Counted from the stretch's first letter, positions 13,287 through 25,628 are shown. The stretch: 64,000 nucleotides of DNA from Octopus sinensis (GCF_006345805.1 NC_042997.1:173104001-173168000); one strand, 5' to 3'. The notes: generated from the letters alone by a model not told the origin. Numbers and translations are program-made.

Positions 13287-13576
13287 GTCCATTGCGTGAT
13301 CACTCATTTTTGCAAGCTGAGTGGACTGGAGCAACATGAAATGAAGTGTCTTGCTCAAGAACACAATGCATCACCTAGCCCAGGAAATAAACCCAGAATC
13401 ATACATCGAGTGGAACATCCTAAACACTAAGCCACACACTTCCACACACTCACACGTGTTACATATTTATGTACGCATGTATGTGTGTGTGTGTGTATGT
13501 TTGTTGAGAATGCATGATTGTTATAAATGTATAGCATTTATTCCTAATATTCTGCAAAAACATGTCTGACCATGGG
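13287..13576 (+). repeat. Local direct duplication, copy 2
   Basis: See 10804-11071; this copy retains ~25 bp (gagtggaacatcctaaacactaagc) missing from copy 1. Confidence 0.85.
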
Positions 13577-13720
13577 GACTGACTCATAGCCGATTTTCAA
13601 GTAAAGGATTTCATACTTTTACATGTGTCCAAAGGCGCCAACGGGTGATTTGCCAAGAGAAGAAATGACAACACCACTTGTAGCCCGGTTGTTTAAGGAG
13701 AAGCACAAATGTAAACAAAT

Positions 13721-13808
<88 letters not shown>

Positions 13809-15357
13809 ATGGGCTTCTTTCAGTTTCCATCAACCAAATCTTACAAGGTTTCAGGGGCAGCCCGGGTATATAAGAGGAGGAGACAGTTGCTCTAAGTGCC
13901 ATGCAGTGGGACTAAACACCAAACGACATGGTTGGGTTGAGAAGCATACTCCTCACCACATACACCCCCATACCATCATCTTCCATCAACACAATTTGTG
14001 TCACTAAAAGGCCTTTCTAACAGATAGAATGAGTGGAACTGTTTCACAAATTGTTCATTTTCCTTCATACACACACCCAACCACACCCATATACACTCTT
14101 CTTCTTCTTCTTCTCATACAATTATTTTATCCAAGTTATCCTCTTGATTGTCATAGACTTGAAGTAAGCACTTAAATGATTACCAGATCTTCTTATTGTT
14201 GTTGTTGGTCTTTTTTTTTTTTTTAATCCAATAGAAAATTTGCTAATGCAACTTAGTTTAGAACAAATGCTCTTAAGACTGTTAGCAAAATAGAATTGGT
14301 AATCAAAAAGAGCGTTTTGAATCCAGTCATGTGTAAACCGGATTATAAACGATGCTTCAATGAAGACAATACCATGTGGTACCTTTAATTTGCTTTTATT
14401 TTATAGTTTCTTCTATACTATTTTTGTTTTGCTTTTGGTTTTAAAAATAATAAATCAAATTGTCAAACAACAGTAGCATTGTTATTGTTTATTTCAAGAA
14501 TAATTCTGAAAGTCTAAAAGACTGCATTCTTTAATATGGGGTGAAATTAGAAATAGCAGCCATGGGGAGGTGAGCATGGAGAACTGACAATTTAAATGCT
14601 TTTGAATATTTGATATTATTTGAAGTGTCATTAAACAGGTGCAAGCTAGTAATTGATAATAATAATAATAATAATAATAAATAATATATATAAATCTATA
14701 ATATCATATAATATTAACAGATGATTGATTACATAAATGATAAAATCATTTTTAAACATCTCTCCTCAAATCTGTTGGAAAGTATGTAATTTTTGCAAAC
14801 CATACAGTCTCAGCATGTTTAGTTAATTCTTTGTTTAAAAATGGACTTCTTCAGCACCAAATATGAATATTAAAGAGAAAAAAAAGTTTACAAAAACAAA
14901 ATAAAACAAGGACCTTATTGCCAAGATATCTGAATGCAATTTCAAAAATGATTATATGACATAAATATAATCATTAATAAATTATTTTTATGTGCATTTG
15001 CTAGATAAAAACATGTCATGAAAATCATCTGTCTGTATTGGGCAAAGACAACTTTAATTTGTTACGTTGTAAACCCTTTCATTAACAAATGTATTGAGAA
15101 TCTTTTAAAATTATTGAAAACCATGTAAAGTATGTATTATAAACTGAAAGAACAAAATGTGTAGATATATGTATTATTAAACTCATTTCTAATGTTAATA
15201 GCAAGAGAGAAGAATTGACAACAGAATACTTCATTTTTGTCTTCGCGAAATGTTGGTACAGTGCAAAATATCAAGACAAGTAGGTTTTTCCTGTGCCATC
15301 ACCTTTGTGATGCATTATCTAATCAAGGCATGGATTGGAATATTAACTGGTTCATAA

Positions 15358-15740
15358 GGTAGCAAGCTGGCACAATGATTTGCACACCAGAGTCAAAGTG
15401 CTCAACAGCATTTCTTTCGGCTCTTTACATTTGGAGTTCAAATCCCACTGAGGTTGATTTTGGCTTTCATCCTTTCAGAATTTGATAAAATAATGTATCA
15501 GTCAGGCACCAGTGGAAGGTATATTCGACTTCTCCCCTCCCCTGAAAAGTTGCTAGCAGTTAACCCTGCAGCATACCAGCATCTTGTTCAAGAGGAGAGT
15601 TCAAATTCTGCCGAGGTCGACTTTGTCTTTCATCCTTTTGGGGTCGATAAATTAAGTATCAGTTGTGTACTGGGGTTGAGCTAATTAACTGGGCCCCTCC
15701 CCCAAAATTTCTGGCCTTGTGCCTAGAGTAGAAAAGAATA
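15358..15740 (+). mobile_element. Two tandem SINE family B copies
   Basis: gagttcaaat.c.gc.gagg..ga.tttg.ctttcatcc occurs twice; ends ggccttgtgcctagagtagaaaagaatatt. Confidence 0.8.
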
Positions 15741-16240
15741 TTATGAGCTTGGTCGTTTACATGCCAAGGTAACCACGTAACTAGCCTTTAGCCTTATTAG
15801 CCATAAGGCAAAAAAGAAGAAAAAAATACCAGTACATTTACCCTTAACCCACTCTCGCATAATTAATCACAGATTACTTATACACTCCATTTGCAGAACA
15901 TTGATGGCAAAACTGTACATGTCAATAAAGTGCTCTCACAAACATATACAACAAACAACACTCAACCTAAATAGATTGCATCTCCAACAACTCACACATG
16001 TGTGATATACATTTCTCTTCAGCAGGTGGTCAACCGTTTACAGTTATTGACCTGTGATTTTATATTATCCATATAGTATCACAACTGAGGGTTAATAATG
16101 CAAACCTTAACCTGAACTGACATAAAATAGAACTTGCATAGCAAATAAGTTTGAAGGAAAAATTGCCAATTTTACTAAATTAAAGGTGAACAAAGAAATT
16201 TTAAACTGAAATCTTAACATTTAGGAAATATCTAAACATT

Positions 16241-16472
16241 ATTTCTTTACTACCCACAAGGGGCTAAACACAGAAGGAACAAACAAGGACAGTCAAACGG
16301 ATTAAGTCGATTATATCGACCTCAGTGTGTAACTGGTACTTAATTTATCGACCCCGAAAGGATGAAAGGCAAAGTCGACCTCAGCGGAAATTGAACTCAG
16401 AACGTAACGGCAAATGAAATACCGCTCGGCATTTCACTCGATGTGCTAACGATTCTGCCAGCTTGCCACCTT
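16241..16472 (-). mobile_element. SINE family B, full copy with 22-bp TSD
   Basis: Flanked by atttaggaaatatctaaacatt (16219-16240) and atttaggaaatatttaaatatt (16473-16494). Confidence 0.9.
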
Positions 16473-17584
16473 ATTTAGGAAATATTTAAATATTATTACA
16501 AATTGTTCTTTATTTATTCTTTTATTAGATTCATACAAATATAAAAATGTGAAATGAGCATTTTGGAAAGAAACTGGAGTATTCTATAAAAGAGGAAAAA
16601 AGACGCATACACAAAAATTTCTATTTTAAATTTTTAGTTTTTTGCCTGCAGAACTATTTATGACTCCTTGTCTTCGATCAGTTTAAAACCTAACTTCTTT
16701 GTAATCTCTGTTAAAAGAAACCATTCTATAGCAACTTGTGCTTAATTTTTTATTTCTATCAAAGACGGTTGCATCTTATATACTATCCATCGAATTCAGT
16801 CAGTTGGAAACTGGTCCATATTATGCATTCAGAGGGTGAATATTAGCTATTACACTTCCTTTTTCTTTGTTTTGTTTTTTTAACTATGAGATATAAGCAT
16901 ACTTCTTTCTAAACATGAGAAGCGTAATAATCATGACTGGAAAAATGATTGCTTCTTTAAGACACACTGGCTGTATAGCATAGCTTACATTAGATAATAC
17001 AGTCCTAAGTACTCAATGCCTAAAATAAATGACTCGGTCACAACTGAAATGCTTTTGATCTTAAGATCTGCCTATAAAAATAATAACATTTATTTACAAT
17101 GAGCTAATGAAGGAACATCATTGTGAACATGCACTCTGCCAGAAATAGCAACAAAGTCTCCCACAAAGCAAAAAAAAAAATGAAAAACTGAAAAGATAAA
17201 TTTCAGTGACAGTGAAATAGATTGATTCCCTGAATTCACCTTGAGTAATACATCATAACACTGCTGACACATCATACTTAATTTTTCCTTATTAAGTTGC
17301 AATATGACATGAAAATATAGCTTCCAAACTGCTCTTAGGAATTTATTAATTACCGACATTTAAATAAATGGTATTAATATTTGACGTACTTATCTCTACA
17401 TAGTTTAGCATATGTTTTTCGCAACACAAGAGATTTAAAAGAGAAGCAAAAAACGTATTGCTATATGCCTAGTACTTATTCTATTGGTCTCCTTTGCCGA
17501 ACTGCTAAGTTATGGGGATGTAAACACACCAACATCAGTTATCAAAGGATGATGGGGATACAAACAGACACACAAATATATACA

Positions 17585-18280
17585 TATCTATATATATGTA
17601 AAATTCTTTGTCTGTCTGTTCCCTATGCATTGTCAAATAACTTCACCAAATCAAATCAAATTTCACAAGGTATAATAATAATAATTATTATTATTATATA
17701 ATAATTATAATAATAATTATTATATAATAATATATAGATATATACATATCTATATATAATGTAAAATCCCTATGCATTCTCAAATATCTTCACCAAATCA
17801 AATTTCACAAGGTAATAAATAGTATCACACCCCGCAAGTGTCAACATGTAATTTTTATTTTCATTTGGATTGAAACGATATAAAATTTTCTTGAAAATGA
17901 TCTTTCTATAGCCAACTATAGTAACGAACATTTTATACCATGACGACATCACACCTCTATCATTCTCTTTCCATTCTGTCAACTGTTCTGTCTAGCGTTT
18001 ACCATTGTGATGATGTCTGGTACCAAAAAAGTTATTACAGCTGTTTTCATTGTTTACAATCTTCTGTACTAGTGTATTTGTGTACACCAACACATAAACA
18101 AAATGTTAGAAAGGCTGAAAGGTCAAACAGAAACAGCATACCAGTGTATTTGTGCATCAGTAAATAACCATGTTGTAGCGGTTTCTGGTACCAAAAAAAA
18201 ATTACTACAGTTACTTTCATTGTTTACCATGTTCTGTACCTGTGTATTTTTGTATCAGTAAATAACTATGGGTAGATATT
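17585..18280 (+). mobile_element. Unclassified repeat with duplicated start and internal duplication (Helitron-like?)
   Basis: tctatatata(t/a)tgtaaaat...caccaaatcaaatttcacaagg occurs twice (~17588, ~17749); tctggtaccaaaaaa...ttcattgtttac occurs twice (~18017, ~18185). Class is inference. Confidence 0.35.
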
Positions 18281-18705
18281 TCGTAAAGGTTAATTTCATC
18301 ATTAAGACCATGGTAGTAGTATGTCCTTCTCCATCTGTAGATTTTTTTTCCCTGATGAAATTAACCTCTCTGTCTATGTATCTACCCTCTTTGCAATGTT
18401 GGCAAATGAAATAAGTATAAAAATGTATATTGTCCATTTAATTAAAAAATTCTATATGTGGCTGAAGATTGCTTGACATTTTAAAACTGATGTAATACAG
18501 TGTTTAATAAAATGAAGTAGCATGAAACGATTGTACTACACTACCTTGGATATCCTTGTTGCTTATTTTGATTGTAATCACCCCATTTGATTTATATGGA
18601 TAATACCATACCAAATTCTGGTGCCTTTAACTTAAGTACCATATTCATCTGAATCTAAATTTTGTTGAACTTATATATATATATATATAATATATATATA
18701 TATAC

Positions 18706-18755
<50 letters not shown>

Positions 18756-18761
18756 AAGTTT

Positions 18762-18808
18762 TGTCAGCGAACAGGTTGCAGTTTCAAAGCGATGAAAATA
18801 TTTTGACA
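18762..18808 (+). ncRNA. Minimal type-I hammerhead-ribozyme-like motif, G3:C8 variant, probably decayed
   Basis: TGTCA-GCGAACA-G-GTTGC-AGTTTCAAA-GCGAT-GAA-AATATT-T-TGACA: stem I (tgtca/tgaca), core, stem II, GAAA, palindromic stem III, UUU site. Confidence 0.55.
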
Positions 18809-18825
18809 CAAATTAAATTTAAATG

Positions 18826-18866
<41 letters not shown>

Positions 18867-18869
18867 TAT

Positions 18870-18970
18870 ATCAGCAGATGTTACAGAGTGACTTAAGGGT
18901 AATGAGTTTTGTGCATTGACATTTAAAGCACAAAACTCTCATTCCATGAGTCACTGTAATTTCTGCTGAT
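18870..18970. other. Imperfect ~100-nt hairpin
   Basis: atcagcaga..ttacag..gtgact..aatgagttttgtgc / gcacaaaactctcatt..gagtcactgtaa..tctgctgat with a 13-nt loop. Confidence 0.7.
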
Positions 18971-19004
18971 TAATAAAAAATAATATATATATATATATGT
19001 ATAC

Positions 19005-19272
19005 ACAATTGCAGCGTGGAAGGTGTTTATAAGCCATTTAAGAAACACACAAAAGCCGTTCGATTCACTTCAACATTTAAGTTTAATTTGTCAAAATATT
19101 TTCGTCGCTTTTAGCGCCGAAAATATTTTGACAAATTAAACTTAAATGTTGAAGTGAATCGAACGGCTTTTGTGTGTTTCTTAAATGGCTTATAAACACC
19201 TTCCACGCTGCAATTGTTTTCGTTTCAGCACACGATCTCAGATCAAATTACTTGCTATGCGAGTACATCTCC
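19005..19272. mobile_element. Penelope-like terminal fragment folded back on itself; perfect 100-bp inverted repeat
   Basis: 19005-19104 is the exact reverse complement of 19118-19217; the right arm continues to 19272. Same family as 18752-18830. The PLE assignment is inference from the hammerhead-like motif and geometry. Confidence 0.75.
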
Positions 19273-20169
19273 TATATATGTATATATTTCTTTTATTCTT
19301 TCACTGATTTCAGTGAAGTGTAACCATGTTAGGGTTTTTAGTTGACCACATCAAACCCCAGTGAATATTCCAGGAGGCAGCTTATTTTACTGGTCTAAAT
19401 TTATGGAATAGCTATCGATTTTTGACACAATCATAGTTTTTACGTTGAAATAAAATTTAATTGCATACTTAACAATGTGTGTGTGTGTGTGTGTATGTGC
19501 GCGTGCGCGCGCTGAGCAAAAACATTTTTTTGCAATCATTTCTTAGTGCTCTATTGGAATAATGTGTGTCATGTAGACTCCCATTACGTACAGAACATCC
19601 ATGAAAACAATTGTTTACCAACCGTCTGCAATTAAATCAGCACTGAACAATACACTAATAATATTAAATTGTTACAGCTATTTCAAGACAAATATCAACA
19701 GAATTTATTACACAAGATTCTGCCAGTGAGCATACATATCCCACAGCATACTGTGAAATGACATCAAATCAATACTGCTTGGCTTACCTGTACTTACATG
19801 TTACAAATACATGTACCTCTCAGCCTTTCCTTTTAAAATATCTCTATCTCTTATTATAAACTTTAATCTAGTATATATCAAAGACTGATGGCCCTTCTAT
19901 ACTGAAATTACAAAAACTGAAGTGTTTCTTGGTCTTTCACACTGTTGAACAATTTGTTTAAATTCTAAGGGGTTTTAGGTTTTCTTATAATCAAAACGTT
20001 AGTGTCATTTTTTTCCTCTCTTTCTTTAGCTATTTGACGGCTCTGATCAGCTTACGTTCATTATGCATTCTTGTGCAGTTCTTTTAACAAAAATAAATAT
20101 GTATTTCAAGTTGATAAAATTATTAATCACATTACGTAAAGAAATAAAAGATAAGACAATGTCAATGAG

Positions 20170-20800
20170 AAATCAAACATAAGAAAATATCATGGGGAAA
20201 CAGGTAAATGAGAAAGGGGAAAAAGGGAGGGGAAAAAAATGAGTGGATTAGAGAATGATAGAGTACAAAAATAACTAGGACAGAAATCATGAGTGGTTGG
20301 CTCAACAAGAGTACAGGACAGAGGGATGAGAGAATGGGAGATCAGGGAAAGCTTAAAAACAAGAAAGGGCAAACAATAAGGGGATGGGAAAAGAAAAAGG
20401 TTAAGAGAATGGAAGAAAAGAAAACAGTAAAATGAGAGAGGGACAGAAAAAGACAACAGAATAAGAAAGACTAAAAAGAAGATGGGGAAAGAATGAGAAG
20501 GCAATCGAATGAGCAAAAGGAAAGAATGAGAAGACAAGCAGAACAAGAAAATGAAAAAAAGATTGGGAAATGAGAGCAAGTGGATAGGACAAGAAAAAAA
20601 CAGGAAGACAAGCAAAGGGAAAGAGTAGGACAATGAAAGAATGATGGAGCTAGAAAAATGGGTGAGGGAAAAAAAAACAAAAAAACAATATGCTGCAACC
20701 CCACAAAAAAAAATCCTGATTGAAGTAAATGAAGATAGAAGAAAGAAAAGTATAAAAGGGATAAAAGCGGTCATGAAAGAAAGAAAACAACAAAAGACTT
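20170..20800 (+). repeat. Polypurine low-complexity tract
   Basis: Direct read; source of the F/L/S-rich minus-strand ORFs. Confidence 0.9.
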
Positions 20801-22271
20801 AAAAGACGAATATATTAAAAAAAAATATTGCTTGCAATCACAAACATTATGGAAACATCCAATTATTACTTCTTAACAAATAAGTGAAAATTATTCATTT
20901 GAAAAGACCCAAAGTATCCTTCACACCACCAGAAGATATTTAAAAAGAAAACTAGCAGAAATGCAATCTGTGGAGAAAATAAAAACCATCATCATAACAA
21001 TAGTAATGGTTGTAGTTTTTATTATAGAGATTAGGCTTTCAAAGATATAAAGCAAAAAGGCCATAAAATATATGAAAAACAACAGCAAGATTAACAAGAT
21101 AGACACCAAAACTGAATCAATGGTGATCATAAAAAGTCAGTAAACTAGGGAGTTATGGAGACAAGTGGACTGGATAGGGTGGAGGGGCAAAGAGAAAAAT
21201 AAATAAATAAATAAATAAAAAGCTGTATGGGTGTGGCTGAAGACCTAAGAAGTGTTGGTGGGGGTCCTAGAGAAAAAGTTGGAACACACATTGAAAGGAA
21301 ATAAAGTGTGGAGAGACAGAGAAAAAGATAGGGAGCATAGAGGTGAGGGCTGTTATTAGAAGAAATTCTCATATAGTGTTATTACTCTAGAAATCAATGA
21401 GTCTTTTTCTGAAGAGAAAGCCAATACTGGAACAGGGCCAAAAGAACCAAGATGAGACAGTGCTTGGAAGAAAACTGTTCAGTTTGTTTCAAATATTTCC
21501 TCCCTTTTTATTGAATGTGGTTTACTTCTGCAAACTAATTATGATGGTATCTAGTACTGATATTCTCTAAATGTACGAAATATTGTCAGTATGTTTGGCT
21601 CTGCATGCATGCTCCTCTCCATTCCTACCCTGTAAGCAGTTTGCAAGCTTAACAAGACACAAAATGTGTGTAAGCATAATCCTATGTAGACCACATAGAT
21701 GTATTAATGTATGCTTATATAAATATATATGTATGTTTATGTGTGTGTAAATATAGTTTATGTGTACTAAAGAAAGCACTGCCAGGAAGGGGTAATTTCA
21801 GAGTTCGTGACACACACATACATGCACACACATTATCTCATTTTTCGTCTTTATATACCATTATATTTTTGAAGATGGATTAAAGCTTATAAAATAGTGT
21901 AACTTGAAAAGAAATATATATATATATATATATATAAAAAGTTAGTAACATAAGTTATAACTCCTTGCTAGATCACATGTGATACACAGGACACATTTCC
22001 CGGGCATTCATTCATACTTTCTATTTGATGTACATTACCACTCTTTTATCAACTAGCAGAGCAGTTGCAACTTATGAAAGGAAAGCTGCACATTATTATT
22101 ATTATTCAGAATGTATGAAATGAGCCAACTAAAAGTTTGAAAACAAGCATGGATGGCGAGGACAAACTTATGAAAATGCAAAAAAGAAACCCTAAACTAA
22201 GTGGCTCTCAAGTGAATTTTTTAACTATAACACTGTGTGTGTGCATGTATATATTCTGATTGAATAGCACT

Positions 22272-22499
22272 TTAACCCTTTCATTACCAACCCGGCTGAA
22301 ACCGTCTCTGGCTCTAAGTACAAATATCTTGTTTTCATATGTTTTGAATTAAAATCTTCCACCAAACCTTAGTCACAATTTATGTTCCTAATACTAGCTG
22401 TATGATAACTAAGTTATTTTACTAAATTCTTTGTTATATTTAAATTGATTGAAAGAAACACAGAGCATCTCAAAATAAATACAGTAACGAAAGGGTTAA
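22272..22499 (+). mobile_element. piggyBac-like MITE, copy 1
   Basis: TTAA-CCCTTTC...GAAAGGG-TTAA termini. Confidence 0.85.
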
Positions 22500-22521
22500 G
22501 TAAGTGTCTCCTAAATGTTCT

Positions 22522-22745
22522 TTAACCCTTTCGTTACCATATTTATTTTGAGATGCTCTGTGTTTCTTTCAATTAATTTAAATATAACAAAGAATTTAGT
22601 AAAATAACTTATCATTCAGCTGGTGTTAGGAACATAAATTGTGACTAAGGTTTGGTGAAAGATTTTAATTCAAAACTTATGAAAACAAGACATTTGTACT
22701 CAGAGCCAGAGCCGGTTTCAGCTGGGTTGGTATCAAAAGGGTTAA
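22522..22745 (-). mobile_element. piggyBac-like MITE, copy 2, inverted relative to copy 1
   Basis: TTAA-CCCTTT...AAAGGG-TTAA; the body is the reverse complement of copy 1, with a 22-bp spacer. Confidence 0.85.
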
Positions 22746-23125
22746 TCAACCACACCCCTCTCTGTGTGTTTTACATCTGTGATCATTTATCCAAGTGTTG
22801 CATCCTTGTCAATAAATTGCCTACTTGCCCCATACCTCTGAAGCTGTGCTAGATAAGAGATTCCTTAATTGAAACAAAGGTAGAGGTTAGCATTCGGCTG
22901 AACATCAAGATGTTAAAAAAAATCCTTCAATAACATATTGGTCTAACCCATGCTACCACGGAAAAATGAACATGAAAAACAAATGAGCTAAGTTATACTC
23001 AATCAAAATAACAACACCACAAACATAACAACAAAAGTAACAATCACACATTGTACATAAAGCTTTTCTTTCCTAAACTCCTCAACTCACTAAAAAAGAG
23101 TATATATAAAGGTTTATTTCTCAAT

Positions 23126-23358
23126 AAGCACCATCCGACCGTGGCCATTTGCCAGTCCCGTCTGGCACCTGTGCCGGTGGCACGTAAAAAGCACCCACTA
23201 CACTCACGGAGTGGTTGGCGTTAGGAAGGGCATCCAGCCGTAGAAACATTGCCAGATCAGACTGGGCCTGGTGCAGCCTTCTGGCTTCCCAGACCCCAGT
23301 TGAACCATCCAACCCATGCTAGCATGGAAAGCGGATGCGAAATGATGATGATGATGAT
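23126..23358 (+). mobile_element. SINE family C
   Basis: ggttggcgttaggaagggcatccagccgtagaaac...gcatggaaagcggatg(gat)n. Confidence 0.9.
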
Positions 23359-23459
23359 AGCTTATTCATTATAAACACTGACACTAAATTTAAGAAAAGA
23401 GTACCTCCAGCTACATAAATATATGTGTTTGAGAGAGGGAGGTGGAGTCAACAAAGGAA

Positions 23460-23620
23460 CTTCTACATGGTTGCTTAACTTGCAAGAAATGATTCAGTTC
23501 TCTCTCAAATTACACTTACTGGAGATATAGTTCTAAATAGCCCCTAAAAGGATGGATGGTCACAAATGAAATACCTTTGGTGATGGCCAACTGAATCACA
23601 GCTAACCTTGGGCTAAACAA
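23460..23620 (+). mobile_element. Unclassified interspersed repeat (also ~33860-34048)
   Basis: ttgct.aa..tgc.agaaat...tctc.caaattaca and a gggctaaacaac end are shared by both copies. Confidence 0.5.
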
Positions 23621-23713
23621 CACATCTGCATGTAGGTGTAAGCACATGCGTGTGTACATGTGTGTGTACATGCACACAAACTGCATATTACATAAAAAGC
23701 ATATGCATGCATG

Positions 23714-23748
<35 letters not shown>

Positions 23749-24407
23749 ACACACTGACATAGGCAGTGGCCTTTCCAAAGTCATTATAGTTTCAACTTGA
23801 CAGAAGCGATTAATTTGCTTCAGAGAGAGATATTGGTTAATGCCGCCAAAGAGCTACGAATGTAAAGAAGAAGTATCAATGTCGAAAATTACTTTCCATA
23901 AAAGCTGCCATAAGCAATTTCAATGAAGCAGCAGCAGACCTTCCAATTTATGGATTCATTTGCTTGTTTATTTCAGAGAGAAAAATTTTTTTTTTAATGA
24001 TTGTTGTTAAAAAGAAGAATAAAACAAAAAATAATTACAACAACAATATTAATACTAATAATAACGATGCCTAACCAGAATATTAAAACAAATTTTAAAA
24101 GGGGAGAAAATAGATAAAAACAACTCATTTCGTACAAGTTTTAAGAAAAACTTAATTGGAAAGTTAATGAATGAATGAAAAAAACATGAGTATATGAAAA
24201 AGGAAATAAATTGCTGTAATACTGTTTAAAAATGTGGATGCCTCTCATTAACTCTTCATAACCCAATATTTTAGAAATACATGCACACACAAAGATACAA
24301 GTGCAGAAAAAAGCAGTGAGCAGTACTTGGTAAGAGTTGCATTTAATTTTATATGTTAACTAAACACACACACATATACACATACAAATGCATATATATA
24401 TATATAT

Positions 24408-24796
24408 CCGACTGACTCCGCTTTTTCTGCCCTCCGCTAAGTCGGAGGGCAGAAAAAGCGCTACAAGGATAGTCTCAAGGTCTCTCTCAAAGACTTCTCC
24501 ATCGGAACAGAAACCTGGGAGACACTTGCTGCCAACCGCTCATCCTGGCGCAGCGCAATCACCGTGGGAGCAGGGACAGCCGAGGAGGGACGGATTCGGT
24601 CAGCGGAGCAGAAACGTCAGATGCGTAAAGTCAGAGCCGCCTGCACCAGTAGCACTGCCCCTACCCACTTCTGCCCCACCTGTGGGAGGGGCTTCCTTGC
24701 CCGGATTGGCCTCACCAGCCACCTCCGGTCTCATGGCGGCAGTTCCATCAGATGATGTCAGTGGTCATCTTCGAACCGAAGGACGAACATTATTAT

Positions 24797-24800
<4 letters not shown>
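24408..24800 (+). mobile_element. Young 5'-truncated RTE/BovB-like LINE
   Basis: Uninterrupted frame 24441-24755: VGGQKKRYKDSLKVSLKDF...WETLAANRSSWRSAI...HFCPTCGRGFLARIGLTSHLRSH; short 3'UTR ggtcatcttcgaaccgaaggacgaac and (ATT)n tail; GC-rich, sitting in (AT)n. Confidence 0.9.
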
Positions 24801-24828
<28 letters not shown>

Positions 24829-24834
<6 letters not shown>

Positions 24835-24965
24835 GGAGAGTTCACAAAAAAACAAAAGACGAAGACAAGTGGTGTAGAAAACAAACAGATGTATTAGTAT
24901 AATGCTCAAGAATTGAAAAAGTCTTATGTTTCGAGCCTACGTTCTTCTACAGAAAGGGACACAAA
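24829..24965 (-). mobile_element. Possible Penelope-like terminal fragment with decayed hammerhead-like motif
   Basis: Minus strand cttt-CTGTAGA-A-GAAC-GTAG-GCTC-GAAACATAAG. Confidence 0.4.
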
Positions 24966-25628
24966 AAAAAAAAAATATATATATATATAGCATAGATTGT
25001 ATAAATTTGATTTATTTTTTCTTTCATAAACAGAAGAATAAGTACTCAACATGCAAGTGCAACTGGAATATGCTGCATTTTTGCTACTCAGTGCTTCACA
25101 TAGTAATGTGTTTTGTGAAGCAACAAAATTCATTATATACCTTTATCATAATGTATTCAAGTTTGAAAGCAGGTGTGGATAAGCAAACACCTGTATGCAT
25201 TCACATCCTGTATTTTGTTTTATCACTTAGTCAAGAAAGAAGGACAGTGCCGGTCAATCTTTAGAGGGCCTCCAAAACCAAGGAAGACAGGGAAAGAGGA
25301 AAGAAATATTAAATCAGCGACCTGGTCCAAAGTTTACAATGAACGATACTCTGCTGAAATCCAACAGGTGCTGGTGTATAACTATATATGTTCACCAATG
25401 TGCAAGCACACATGTGAGTAGGGAGGAACGTGTACATACACAAAACAAGGTTGACTTGGGACTAAATAACAAGGAAGTATTAGCTACTTGAGTGAGTGCA
25501 GTAAGCTAGCACAAAGAGACAACTATAAACACAGGCATAACTGTGTCAGTAAAAGAGTGCATTGGGGTGTTAGCTCAGTGTATGGATTCAAGGTGACAGA
25601 AAAATGGTATGGACATGAGCTATTGGCT

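Noticed and set aside
20190-20774. 194-aa hydrophobic ORF (and the 300-aa ORF at 51512-52414)
   Set aside because: Read-through of polypyrimidine and microsatellite tracts; no domain signal.
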